Part shown: positions 11,637-25,088 of the stretch, in pieces
Layout: the number at the start of each line of letters is the position of its first letter
Position numbering within the stretch: the first letter of the stretch is position 1
Assembly: GCF_018977255.1 (NCBI RefSeq)
Contig: NW_024704742.1
Location: 107,138,001-107,202,000 of the forward strand
DNA: 64,000 nucleotides
Direction of reading: 5' to 3'
From: Callorhinchus milii
Taxonomy: Eukaryota
Made by a program: the position numbers and the translations under genes
The notes under the pieces: model-generated
What the model was told of the DNA's origin: nothing
The model's database searches: none
What the model saw: only the letters and a program-made list of their open reading frames with translations

Positions 11637-12115
11637 TGTCACCCTGTCTCAGTTGATAACACTTTTGCCCTAAGTCAAAAAGTTGCGGGTTTAAACACCA
11701 CGTTAGGAATTTGAACTAACACTCCACTATGATACTGGAGTATGTTGGAAATGCAGTCCTTTGAATGAGGAGTTAATCCAAAGTCTCACCTGCCCATTTA
11801 ACAACAACAACTTGCACTTATCTAGCTCCCTTCATAGGGGTAATGTTTTGGAGCACTGTTCAGGTGGACATTAAAGATCCCAAGGTATGATTTGAAAAAA
11901 GGGAGTCTCTCCTCTTGCTTTGGCCAACAATCCCCAGGTAAAATTGATCATTCACTTCAAAGCTGATGTAGGATGTTGCTGTGTGCAAATTGTCTGCAGC
12001 ATTTGCCTAAATAACACAGTCCCTAGAATTTATAGTAAATCTATGAAGAGTTTTGAGATGGCCTCTCAATATGATAAGTTGATGTATCAAATGCAAAGAT
12101 TATTTATTTATTATT
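11637..12115 (+). mobile_element. Family B SINE with an antisense LINE-tail insert (about 11800-11858)
   Basis: Same head, body and tail as 9978-10387; body interrupted by aacaacaacaacttgcactta...ggagcact. Confidence 0.75.
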
Positions 12116-13858
12116 AAATTATGGGATGTTGTTGGGAGTAGATTATGGCAAGTGATTCACAGCTCTCTATGCAACCTGTAATGAACTTGCGGCTTTCAGC
12201 TTCTCCTTTGAGGCTTGTCCTTCTTTTCCAGCTGTTATGTTTCACCCTCAGCCACTCTTATTCTCCAATGAGTATTCCGATGAGGATCCCTGCTAATTTA
12301 CAGCATACCCCAGCTGGAACCTGTTTGCAAAAATAATCACTGCTCCCAAAACGCTGATAGATGTCAAATGAACTCTGTGGTCCTGAAAGCTCCTGTCCCT
12401 TACCATTAAAACTTGGGTAGCACAGGAGCCGTGAGACACTCAGTACCTTATTTTATCACTATCACTCCTGATTTTTGGACCTGGAATGAGGAGTATTGTT
12501 AGGGCAATATGAAAGTTGTATGTTTGAGCTCCACATTGAGCTAACGGTTTACTCTGGCACTCTAGTGCAGCACTGAGAGAGAGCTGCATTGTTGGAAAAG
12601 CCATCCTTTGCATAAGAATTTAAATTGAGAGTCCAATCTCGATATAGTTGATATTATTGTTGAGTTGTAATACATTGAAATATTCATCCCACAAATACTA
12701 TAAAACAGAATAAAAATGGTGACAAGCTTTGCTCACAGACTTGCCTTTTCTTGGATACTATACAGACTATTTTTCATTGCTTTGCAAAATCATTAATAAA
12801 ATTAGCAAATTCACTAAGGAAAACATGATAAAATCTGAGGGAAAATCTGATATATATTTGAATGTGTTCAAACGACAACAAGAAATTGCATTTGTATAGC
12901 GCCCTTCACATCGGGAGAACATCCCAAAGTGCTGGACAGTCAAGGATTTGCACCTGAGCTAGAGTTGTAAGCATGTACTGTTTAATGTTCTCTTTGAGTT
13001 TTGCAACATCATGAACTCTAAACATATTCTGGAGATTGGCAGAAAAACAACAGGAGCTCAGCAGACCTGTTGCGGAGATGGAAGGGTTGTTTTTCTGTTG
13101 GATGGTAAATGTGCTCACCAGTTTACAATGAGACATTTAGCCATAGTGCTGCCAAGGTGATCATCAAAGAATCCTGCTCGTTGTCTTCTGTTGTCCAAAT
13201 GGGAAACATTTTTTTCTGTAAAAGACAGGAATCCCTGTAATTATAAGACTTGTCTTAGAAATATTGGGGTTGAATGTACAACATCAATAACACAGTCTCA
13301 ATTAACTCTTGTTGGTAACAAGATGTGAGTTGCGCTGACCACACTCTGAGATCAACTCAATATCAACAGTTTTCTTATTTCAGATAATTTGCTGAATTGT
13401 GTTCTTACAGTGTTTATCCTGAGCCTTTACAACAAGTGAGTGGTTGAATGCGGATTACTAATTCATTTTTATTTGCATCATGCACTCAGTGCATAGCATT
13501 CATGGCAGATCTTGGGGTTGTGTTTGTCAGACGCACATGAGAAATAGGTTGAAGTTTGCCACAAGACCTTCAGAAAGCATGGAATCATTTAAAGTGACTC
13601 AGACTTTTGAACTAATTTCTTCCAACAGATCATACCCAATGAGCATTGTTGTAGACTCTTGCCAACACATTTAATACTCTTAGGAAGATCGCCCATTCTA
13701 AGCATCAACTCCTAAAGGTTGGTAAATAGAGAATAATGTCCTAATCACTAATATAAATAGGTTATCAGCATGGCCCACAGTGATTTCGCTCTTTTTTCCA
13801 GTAAACCAGTTTGTGTACTATGTCCGGTCAGAGCAATTGGATTGAAGGTTTACAGATA

Positions 13859-14154
13859 CAGTGGATCCCACTTAATTGCAAATTGAATAATTACATAGGC
13901 CGATTTATTTTACAGCATTTCTAAAAACACTGAAAACTGCATGCATAAACACATGTTTTGTAACCTGCTTATTTGCATATCCTGTCTTAGTTCAATAAAT
14001 TATTCATTAAAGTTCCAATAGTTCCAGCATATTTGCCTATCGCACTCAGCAGTTTTGAGAGGCTATGCTGTAAGTGATCTTCCACTTACTAAGGAATGGA
14101 TGGGCATAATTTTTTCTGGGTTAAAAAAAGTACACAAATAAGATAGTTCCACTG
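13859..14154. mobile_element. Tigger/pogo-type non-autonomous DNA transposon (MITE)
   Basis: TA-cagtggatcccacttaattg ... caaataagatagttccactg-TA: imperfect TIRs starting CAGTGG, with TA on both sides (13857-58, 14155-56). Confidence 0.6.
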
Positions 14155-15149
14155 TATTGAAATGTAATGATTTTATTTGCATATGATAGTAGCTTCTAGC
14201 AGCAGACTCGTTCTACATTCTGACTGTGTTCAGCAGTTTGGAACTTGTAATTAAAGCTTCTGATGATATAAGTCTTTGATATGTTGCACTGTTTTGTTAG
14301 AAAAGACTTAGACTTGGGACTGAGCATGTCATTCCTATTAATTCTTTATTCGATCACACCTCATGTGAATACCAAATATAGATTAGTTCAAGAAAGTGTT
14401 GTTTGAAGACAGCTGAGTCTAATTGACTGTATCTGTGAAATATTTATTCCAATCTTCTACTGTGAATAACCCTCCAGGGCAAATCTTTCACCTCCTCCTT
14501 TGGTGTTTAGTACTTCAAACATTGAGATCTTTTGATCCAGCATTTAGATGTATTCACCAATATGGTGATAGTGTGATAGCATGAAATAGAAACTGTGAAT
14601 GGTGCAAATAGACATGGGAAAGAGAAATATAGACTAATATTTTGCATCTGACCTTCTATCAGTTCCAACTATAGCAATACAACTTGCATTTATAAAACAC
14701 TTTCCAGATAAAGGAGCATCTCATAGCACTTAATAAATGTAATGATGAACATTCAACAGGGAAATTTAGAGATTTAAAGATGTTAACCAAAGGCATTGTG
14801 TAAATGATATATGCTTTGGATGTTTTTGAAAGCAGGAAGAGAGTAGAAAGCAAAGACTTTTTGGATAAGAATTCTAGAGTACAGTAAAATAATACTGACC
14901 ACTTGAATGAGAAACAAACAGAATGTGGAGAACAACAGACCATGCTGGAGTGTAGAGCTGGAGAAGACTATGTTAGTTGGATGAGGGAAGACCATGGAAG
15001 AATTTTAAAGCAAGAAAAGGTCTAAAACATCAACTTTTGGGTACTGGGAGACATTGCTGGGGGCATGAAGGTAATGAATGTTTTAGAGCCTGAAACAGAC
15101 GAGATCTTGACCTACAGTTTTAGATCAGTAGAAAATTCTGTTTTTTCTG

Positions 15150-15410
15150 GTTGCACATCACCTTATGCAGGCAGTGATATACAGATAGACAAAATGGCAA
15201 CAGTCCTGGAATCAAGAGTAGTGGTGGAGATATAGAGTTCTGTTTCACCAGCTTTTCTATGGATCCTAATCGCATGTTTGCAAATGGTATGACCAAGAGA
15301 TAACATATAAATTAGGACTAGAAGAACACCATGGATAGAGCCCATTTGCAACCACCAGCATTGACAATTTTGGTAAGATGAGAAATAATGGGCTACAAAT
15401 TGAAAGAGCT
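15150..15410 (-). mobile_element. Old L2 LINE reverse-transcriptase remnant
   Basis: Minus-strand peptide GSIHGVLLVLIYMLSLGHTICKHAIRIH...ETELYISTTTLDSRTVAILSICIS follows the L2 QGSILGPLLFxIYMLPLG...FHMYADDTQLY pattern and resembles the copy at 31511. Confidence 0.75.
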
Positions 15411-18400
15411 CTTTATCTTGCTTCTTTTGTACTGAGATACCCATGTACTTAAGAAAAATGTAGCTTAAGATCAGAAAACATAAAATACTTGAAATGAGAG
15501 ATCTCAGAGGTAAACATTTTTGAGACAAGGGTGAATTGCAGTAATGGAACTTGTCTGCATTGTTTTGTGAGGACAGGGTTGAAGATTGACAAACTTGATG
15601 TTCAGTCTGCTCTTATCTATTTGACCTTCTATCTGGTGAAACAGCTTGTGTATTTATTTGACCGTCAATGTTGATGGTGTGACTTGTATTTAGAGTGCCG
15701 TATTATTTTGCATTCTCTTTGCATTTTTAACATAGTTTCAGGCCATGATCACATTATCAGTCAATTACAATGACACAATCACACCGATTAAAGAAGTGCT
15801 TCTGATTCTGCTGACACGTTCAAAAATATTGCTGAAGCTAACAAAAAAGGCAGTGGACATAGTGTTAAGGAAGGAAGCAATCCCTCAGAATTTTCCTTTC
15901 TTGTTCTTTCTTGGCTTCAGATATGCCAGTCTACATCTACTTCCTTCTACCTTCATCATTACTTTCTTCAAATAATTTCCACCATTACCTCTTCCTCAAA
16001 CACACAAACTAGAAGTGCTTCCCTCCCTCTGTTGTACCTTTTACTCTGGTCAATAGTGCAGTTCTGTGGGAGTGCTGCATTGTCAGAGGTGTTGCCATTC
16101 AGATGAGATGTTACACCAAGTTTCCATCTAGTTGTTTTCAGATGGACATTAAAGATCCCATGAATCTATTTAAAAAAAAGTAGGGAGTTATTCCCGGTGT
16201 CCTGACAAATAATCTTCCAGACTACAAAGTAATTTGTGAAGTGTTGCCATCAGAGCATCCTGCATGCTGTGGATGCGCGGTGAACAGGAAATGAGGGCAT
16301 CACAACCTGGAAATGCTGACTGTAGCCATTTTTATATTGTTAACACTGCGTTTAATTTTCTGGACCCGAAACACTGTTGTAATAGGTTCGTCCTGTAACT
16401 GATCGTTCACCTCATGGCTGCTTGTATTGCCTTGTTGGTATTCCCGCTGCATTTGTATTACATTAACAGTCACTACATGGGACGGTAGTTATTTGTGAAG
16501 CACTTTGAGATGTTTCGGCAAGAAAGGATACCATGAAAATGCAAGATTTTCTTTCATATAGGTTTCATAGTGCTTTAGTGTAGGGTAATGCAATATTGGA
16601 ACCAGTAATGACGAGCAAACAGAGCTCCGCAGAATACTGAATATGGGCAGTGAAACGGCTTTGAACTAATCAGCCATACAGGATATTGGACAGGAGCGTG
16701 TCGATGAGGGACATTTGTGGCCGTATATGGACTTACGAATCCTGAAATTTTAAAGGGAAGGCTGTAACATTCCCAGTACATTTGTAACTGCTCCTACAAA
16801 TTGATGATACTGTTCTAAACCTCTAGCCAAAAGCCCGGAGGTTTTACTGCCTGTGTTAAAATGGGTCATTGTGCAACTTCTATGCCTTGCAGTCTTGTGG
16901 GCGACATTTAGTTGGAACAATCAGATTCTGAAGAGTTGAAGATGAGCTGATTCGGTTTGAAGGCTGGATCCAAGGGTTCCACTGTGCTACTAAACATTTG
17001 CACATGAGCCTGGAGCCAGAACACTCAGTACTCAAGACTCCACTTGCTAATCTGTTCAGCTTTGGCTCTGATTGAGTTTGCGAAGGCAAAATAATACCAG
17101 CATTGCAGTTTAGAGCAAAAATCTATGAGTTACAGAAAGGTTAAAAATGCTAAATGTTGAGCTCTACCCTTCTCTCATCGGTATCATAAACAAAGCTGCA
17201 TTCCGAGTAACAGAGTTGGCTCTTCAGCTGATTGAACGTATCCATCACTTTATTACATCATGACCGATCTTTTAATCCATTTCTCTGCCTTTTCTCTGTA
17301 CTCTGTAATATCTTTACTTCGCAAGTTTGTATCCATCTCTCTTTTAAACATCCTGATTGGTTCTGCCATTACAATTTTCTGGAAGTTGGGTGGGGTTAAG
17401 ACTGGGCAGAGATACATTCAATATTTTCACCTCCACCATGTGTAGAGATTTAAACATAGTTTTACAGTGCTCAGTTGTTGCTTGTGTAGAAAAAGCAATA
17501 TCTTCCCAGACTGATTGTGCATGTTAAGACTCACTAGGACTATGCATTCATTTCCCATTCACATACCTGTGTATCAGAAATTGGCTATGCTCTGTAAAAC
17601 ACTGAATTCAGATACAATAAAAGCAGATTGACCAGGCATTGAACAATACTGCAAATTGTGAGCAATATGATTTTGATAGCCAGCCCGTGTCTTGCAATCT
17701 GTTAATGTACAGTTCTGAGCTTTGAGAGATGGTGTAGACTCAATGTGTTGAATGGCTTCCTTTTCTATGATTCTATAATGCAATGCCTCCACAAATGATT
17801 GCACTACCCCCTAATACTAAACAATCATTTCTCATCAGGAGAAATTCTGACTGAATTCATAAGTCTTTGGATAAATGTAGATGGGGAAGCAGGTCTCAGC
17901 TTGCTATTTGCGTGCATTTACTGCTTGGGGTTCTGGTCCGATAGCTCAATCTATTTATCAATAAAACTGCACAGCGAATACATGTACAGTAGAACAAAGA
18001 TTAGCGGTTTGTCAAGCTTTGGCCTGCTCTCTCGGAGGAAAGTTGCTTGCTGAGTGCAATTGGTTTGCTTTATCACAGTACAATATAATAGCAATCGATC
18101 AGTGCTGGTTACGCAGGTCTGTGTGTGCATAATCCAATCAAAGTCCATCAGGACCCAGTGATAACTGAAGAATGCCGCAGTTATTAGCTCAGAAACCAGT
18201 GGTGATTCACTGGAGAATTGAAAGAGACCCATGGCTTTTATTTGACTCGTCATTCACCGTGTCAAAACAGTGCAGGACAGCAATAAACAGGATGCTGCAC
18301 CACATTGCCAAATAAATTGAGTTGAAATCCCCAGATTTTTATACTCGAGCTGTACAATGCTCTGATCAGGCCGCATCTGGTCACTGTGACATAACGGGGC

Positions 18401-20639
18401 TGCCCGCACTCAAGAAACAGTGCAAAGAGGAATAATGAGGATTAGAAAAACTGAAGTTTTTCAGCTTTGGGAACAATACATCAGAGGGGACCTTAAGGAG
18501 GTACTGGGTATGCTGTTATAGGAACCCAGGGGGTTGAATGCAGATTGCTTAGAACGCAGGTGTACTGTGGGTCAGTGCTAACTGGAAGTGTGATACACCA
18601 GGTTACCGTTGCTGACCCGGATATTGGTGAGTTATTAGCTTCCCCACGCTAACAACCGGCCATTCTCTGGATAATCAAGTTGCTGATAATGTCATTTCCT
18701 GTGCATTGCGCTCCATGCAGGAAGCCTACTGACATTATTTATCAACTTTAAGGTTATTATCTGGTAAAGCAAGATGGAATTGCTGCTCCCGTAATCCAGC
18801 AATGGCAGGTCTTGCTCATTTACTCATTGAAAACAGTATTTCGGCAATATTAAATCTTCAGATGGGCTGGGCAAATCCATGGGTGTTCAGTCTCAAACCT
18901 GTTCTTCAGGATGTTGAGGATCTCATGCTAATTATCGTGTCACATACCTCATTCCTCCACTCCCATGTTTTACTTTATTAAGAATCATTTGGTATTGATT
19001 CCTGAGCTCTCAAACTCGCTGGATTACCTATGACACATTATGAGGAAAGCCCCTGTCTTGACGTCAAACCATACGTCTAATGTGAATCACTCACTGATTC
19101 ACACTTTTAACTCGCCCTCAGATACTTGTGCGTGTAATCTAAACAGCTTTTTTTAGTCTGAGTATTTTATCAGATACCTTAAGTGAGATTATTGGCCTGT
19201 AAGTAACATTGGGTTACAGACTCCCTAGAAGGACCGGTGCATGTGAAGAATTTCGAGGAGATAACTGAACAGCTCTTTATATTGCGGCGAGTTTATTAGC
19301 AGTTTGTTTTCTCAAAGTGACTCATTTTTAGTTGGCCTTGTTCTGTGAGTAATCTTGAAGAGCTAATTTACGAGCCATTTCACAGGATAGTCAAACCACA
19401 ACCCATAGGAAGTTACTGTTGTTTATGGTTGAGAGGTTTCTCGTACCATTAGGGCGATTTTGTGATTGGCTGACAGTGGTGGTATGATCCATACTGGATG
19501 CAGCGCTCTGGCTTGTTTGTCTGACGTGTTACAAATAGCAGCTGCATCTCTTTATTCAAGGGCTTGGTCAGATTGCCAGAAAATGTGCCTTCATGAGCCG
19601 AAACATGCAGTTTATGAGTTCAAGTTGTAACATGCACATTTAGATTGGAAGCTCTACCCCGAAGCCAAGAGCCAGTCTGCAGTTTATGTTCTCCAGTACA
19701 AAAGGCGTTTGTGATCGTGGTTAACAAGAACTAGAGTATTTGTCTGTCTTTTGAGTCTAAATGTGAAAGTACTTATTCCTTACTGATGTCTCATAAATTG
19801 GAATGTAACTAATGTCAAAGGCCCTGTGGGCTGTTTCCATAAGATCAGCCTCCTGGGTGATTAAAGTGATGAATGAGAGTTGGGGAGTTGAATTTTCTTT
19901 TTTAACCACAAATTGGTTAAAGAGAGGATTTTTTTTTCTACAAATCCTTGCACTGCTTCCCTATGATCTTCTCAAGATTCACTTTTCTGCTTGTCCATCC
20001 GTTTGGCAAGCTCAGGCCTGCTGTAGCCCCTTGCCTTTTCATTGACCGCTGAGCCTTCAGCCCACGGCCCCTCTCTGAAACTTTCTTGCTCAATCCCTAC
20101 ATCTCGTTCCTCTTTATCTGTCTGCAAAACTGCCAAAACAAACAGCCCCTTTGACCATGCCTCTATAAACCTCTCTGTGCTGATACTGAACATGAAGGCA
20201 CTTTATAAATTGCAAGTTGTTTTTATTGTTTTTAAACAGCAGAGGGAAAACTTAGTGTGTCATTGGTGAGCTACTTGTGTAACAGATACAAGATTTGCTG
20301 CATCTTGAACCTTCACAGCATGTTTATAATTGTTTCAGCTTTTTTTAGTAGTAAAAAAGTACAGATCCAATCAATGAACTGTTAGTAAGAGAGTCAGGCA
20401 AATATTGTATTTAGAATAGAAGGATATCATTTAGAGGGAAAGGACATGGAATGGAACTAACTATTTGAGGGCTCTAGCATAAGCAAAATGAACTGCCTGG
20501 CCTCTTTCTGTGCTCTAAATTCTATAGTTCTGTGATCTTAAGATGATGAATTACTTTCACACACACCTTAAAGAGATAGTATTGGTATTGTCACAGCGTA
20601 ACTTAAAACAATGATAGCTGGCACAATTTCAGAAGGGAT

Positions 20640-20750
20640 AGATTTGTCTGACAAGCCTCATACACCTTTTTGAGAAGGTGACCTCTCAATTTGACTGGGA
20701 TGCTACATAACATGGCGTACCTAGACTTCCCAAATGCTTTTGATAAATTT
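20640..20750 (+). mobile_element. CR1 reverse-transcriptase remnant
   Basis: ...FEKVT...AYLDFPNAFDK matches the CR1 FFEEVT...VYLDFxKAFDK motif. Confidence 0.6.
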
Positions 20751-21235
20751 CTAAAAAAGATACTCATTTGTTGTGTTAGAATTGGGAGAATGACTGACCA
20801 GTGCCTTGGGATGTCCTCCCAATGTAAAAGGCACTATACTAATGTAATTTTGTATTGTATTGGATCTCAAGCTAATGCCGAATCAGTGGATCAAGGCTGT
20901 ATTAGAGTTCATGCCCAGCCAGAATTAACAGATCAGAGCTGCATTTATGCTCAAACTGTGCCCACTATGTTGCTAGTAAAGAGCTAGGCTAGCAGCAGTA
21001 CTCCTGAAGTGATATTACCTTGTTTAAAGCCCTGAGGGATGGGAATTAATTACAATGTCTGGCTTCTGAGCACTGCGACAAAGCTCAATCTCAAACCTAA
21101 GAAGAATAGTTTGCTTTTCCCTATGTGTAGTGTGGCCTCTTTTGACAGTGCCATAATACCACTGCTTCTAGAGTAACTGGAACAAAGTAAACTACAAAAA
21201 AAGGTGATGTATGATATTCTAATATCATCTTTCAG

Positions 21236-21479
21236 CATAAACCAAACCCAAAATACTGCAGATGCTGGAAATCTGAAACAAAAACAGAAGTCCCTGGGAA
21301 CACTCAACAGGTCAGGCAGCTTCTATGGAGAAAGGAAAGTGAGTCAACGTTTCGGGTCCACAACCCTTAGTCAGAACAGTTCTGGTGAAGGGTCATGGAC
21401 CCAAAATGTTGATTCACTTTCCTTTCTCCATAGTTGCTGCCTGATCTGCTGAGTGTTCCCAGCGACTTCTGTTTTTGTT
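21236..21479. mobile_element. Fold-back (palindromic) Penelope-like-derived element
   Basis: Inverted arms of about 100 bp each (21274-21482), flanked by the 11-bp direct repeat tcatctttcag (21225-35 and 21480-90), with degenerate hammerhead-like cores at the centre. The Penelope assignment is from recall. Confidence 0.75.
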
Positions 21480-23343
21480 TCATCTTTCAGTGTTATTTTC
21501 CTGCTGGTGATTATGTTCTCTAAGACATAAGCAGGATGTATAATAGATATTTTGGCAAGAATTGATTTACCATTCGTTCATTGCTTGCATTTTTTTAATG
21601 TAAGCTGGGACCTGCCCTTTTGTAATTAATGTTCCCCATCCAGTTTCAAAGCGATCGCTGTGCTTGTTCCTATCTTTGAAAAGGACTCTCTCTCCTTGCC
21701 ATTCGCTTTCCAATCATTCCAATCTTCATTCAGATGACTACCTTAAAAGAAGCATTGTGTTGCTGGAAAGTTGAGTTTCAGTATTTCCCTGCAGATTTCC
21801 TTGCTTCATACCTTTTATTTTTACCACATGGTCGGAGGCCATTTGACCCATTGTATTTAACCCACCTGATCCTCACCTACCATCTTATCACTTACAAGCT
21901 GTGGAGACAGATGAGTTCAGATTCCTATCATTGAAACGCGGAACAACAAAGTTAATTCCGTTCTGTGGCAGATTTCCTTCAAAATGCAATGAAACTGGGA
22001 TTGAATTTGTGGTGTAGGTTAACAACCCAGATGCAATATTTGCAGGTCTAACCATGTGCAGTTGCCCTTATCAATATAATATTGTAGTCAATAAATGTAA
22101 AAGATTACATAATTACCTGGAATCCTGTTCATCTATGGTTAATTATGGAATTAAATGCCCCTTTAATTCCCTCTACATGTGCTTTTGCACATAGTTAACC
22201 TAACCCGAATATTAGAGCTCACTAGGTTTTCCATGCAATGAGATCTTTAACTTAACCTGGATATTAACAAGGCAGCAAACAGAGTGGAAGAGAAAAGGAT
22301 CCAGTGAACTGCAACATACAACACACAACATTTCTGGATGCTTGCTATTATGTAGTGGACTAGGAAGAAGTTGTTTGGTTGGCCTCATGGCTGATTTGTG
22401 ATACAAGCAGGGGGAAAATAACTAAAAAGGGCAAGCACAATAAATAAAGGAAGACGTTGTGATATCTTTAAAACATCTTTACCTGTTTTTACACCTAGGA
22501 TGCAAATAATATGCCGCAGCTCTTCAACTTATTTATACAACACATTCAATAATTGAAATTCCGAGACGCTACCCCGCGTGAAGGACACAATATCAGTGCA
22601 GGTACTAGTAGTTAGAATAATTGGTTGGAAATGTAGAATTGAAAAATGCAAGATATAATGTCACGGCACTTTCACACCATTATAACAACAACAACTTGCA
22701 TTTCTATAGGCGCCCTTCACATGAGGCAGCATCTCGGAACTCGAAATATCACCTCCTTATAAATGTAGAACATATCAATGAAAGCAGATCACATTGGCTT
22801 CATTTGAAACTCTTATTTTCACAGCGCTGCCTGTTCTCACATCCAACATTGGGGATCACTCTGTTCAGTGTTGAGGCCCAGAGTGGCTGATTGTTCCCGT
22901 TATCTCCTTAGTTTCTCAGTCCTTGACCTATTCTATGTTTAACATTTGACATGCAACACCCAAAGAGAACAGCAAATTAGTCTCTTATTCTACTACAGAA
23001 AAATTGAAAGTTGGGGAGGTAATTTGCCTTTAAGATAAATCCTAAGCTGCAGCTCTCTCAGAGTAGAACTGTGACACCTATAAGCTCTCACTGTTAACAT
23101 TAATTTTGCAGATAGCTGTTAATCAGATGGGGCACAGAAGAGAATCAAATTATGCATGAAGTTTTGATGCAGTAGCTGATCTGGTGAACTGATTAAGGGC
23201 GTGATGTTCCTGTGAATTGATCTGCTTACACAGCATCAGAATATATAATCAACTAGGAAAAATATGATCTTATCAAAACAATTTACATTTATATAGCATC
23301 TTTCACTTTGAGAGGATGTCTCAAAGCGCTTCACATAATCATT

Positions 23344-23790
23344 AACAATAATAATAAACCTTGCATTTGATATAGCACCTTATCCGGTTGTTGAGACTTC
23401 CCAAAGCGCTTCACAGGATACACTGTAAAGTGATTGGACTGTATATTTTGTGAGCAAAATACAGCAGCTAGTTTTGTGCACAGTAATGTTCCACAAACAG
23501 TCATGAGTGAGTGACCAATTTTTATCTGGGGGACTGTTGGCCAGAACACTCATTTCTCTTTTCGAATAGTGCCGTGGAATCTTTAACGTCCACTTGAACA
23601 GGCAGATGGGCCTCAGTTTATCCAAAGGATGGCACCTCTGATAATGCAACCTCCCCACCCCTCACACTGTACTGGAGTGTCAGCTTAGAATATGTGATTC
23701 CAAATTCCTGATGTGGCGCTTCTAGAACCCACAACCATCCTCAGAACAACAACAACAAGCGAGAGTGCTACCAGCTGATGCCATGATTGA
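23344..23790 (-). mobile_element. Family B DeuSINE-like SINE, near full length
   Basis: Reverse complement of tail, Deu-like body (gaatagtgccgtggaatctttaacgtccacttgaacaggcagatgggcctcagtt) and head. An extra tail precedes it (about 23276-23335); degraded L2-like sequence follows to about 24200. Confidence 0.85.
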
Positions 23791-24748
23791 TTGGGAGCTT
23801 GAAATTGGAGGAGAGGGGGAGCTGATGAGGGGAGAGGAAAGGTGATCGAAAGCAGGGTTGAAGACATAGATTTTAAAGAATATTTTCAACCGAGGAGGGA
23901 GAAGACAAGCCAGACTGACTCTGGGATGGAGACGCTGGGTGGACTCTCACACAGGGAACAAGGACAGAGTGGCTGAAGGCTCACCCAGTGATGATGGAAC
24001 GGAGAGGGTGTTTGCTGATTGGAGGGAGCGGCCGGGGATGTAGGGGCACAGGAGATAGGGTGAGGTGGGGCCATGAACCATTTGAAATTGGGGACAAAAA
24101 TCATGAATTTGATCCATGGGGGATGCGGAGCTAGTGATATGGGCTTCAGAGTTCTGGTCAGTAGCTTGTATAGAGAGTAGGTGGCGAGTGTAGCAAGCAG
24201 TGTTGTAGTAATTGCCTATATAAAAGAGAACATTTCATTTCATTCAGCATATTGCTTTCTAACACACATTTCACTCAGCCACACAGATCCTACTGCTGAT
24301 TTGAAGGCATATTTCATTTGTGATTGACTTTCATTTCATGGGCAAGAGTACAGGTCTCTAGTCACAGAAAAGCTGACTCAAATCAATGAAAGAAGACAGC
24401 TGCCTTTACCTGGGCTGAGAAATGAGAACTGATCATGGGGGCTGCCTTGAAACTAGCAGCCAATGTCACATCAGTCATGTAGAGAAGTCAGAATGGAAAT
24501 AAAATATCTTTAGACCATATCAACAGTGTGAAAACAGCCAGAGGGTTAGCACAACAGAGGAGCAAACTGAATGGGTGCTCAGTTTCACTGTGTAAAATCA
24601 AATGCTACATTACTGTGATTCCAGGCCTTTAACAATAATTTCATCACTTTTTTGCAGTGTGGTGTGTCAGTAAACTACATATATGTACATATATATAGGT
24701 CTGATAATTACTATTACTTTTTATGTTTCTGGTCAATGGATTATAACG

Positions 24749-25088
24749 ATAATAATCCTTGCATTTGATATAGCGCCTTTTCACAGTGTTGAGAGGTCTC
24801 AAAGAGCTTCACAGAATACAATGTGTATTTTGTGGGTGAAACGCGGAAGCCAAATGCGCATGGCAGTGTCCCACAAACAGTGGTGGATTGAGTGACCAAA
24901 TGTTTTTTTTGAGGGATTATACCCCCAGGGAGCGATTCGCCAAGCGAGTAACAGAGAGCGATTTCTACTTATTGCTCAGTAAACAGGCATGTTGAGTAAG
25001 GAAAATTGCCTAAGGTTTTTCCCCACCAGGAAATTGAACCCCAGTCCTCCTGAAGGGAACACACTAACCACTATGCTATGGGACTCCA
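24749..25088 (-). mobile_element. Family A SINE, antisense, with an internal insert
   Basis: Tail at 24749 and head ending ...aaccactatgctatgggactcca, the reverse complement of the ggagtcctgtagctcagtggtt-type head. Confidence 0.75.
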
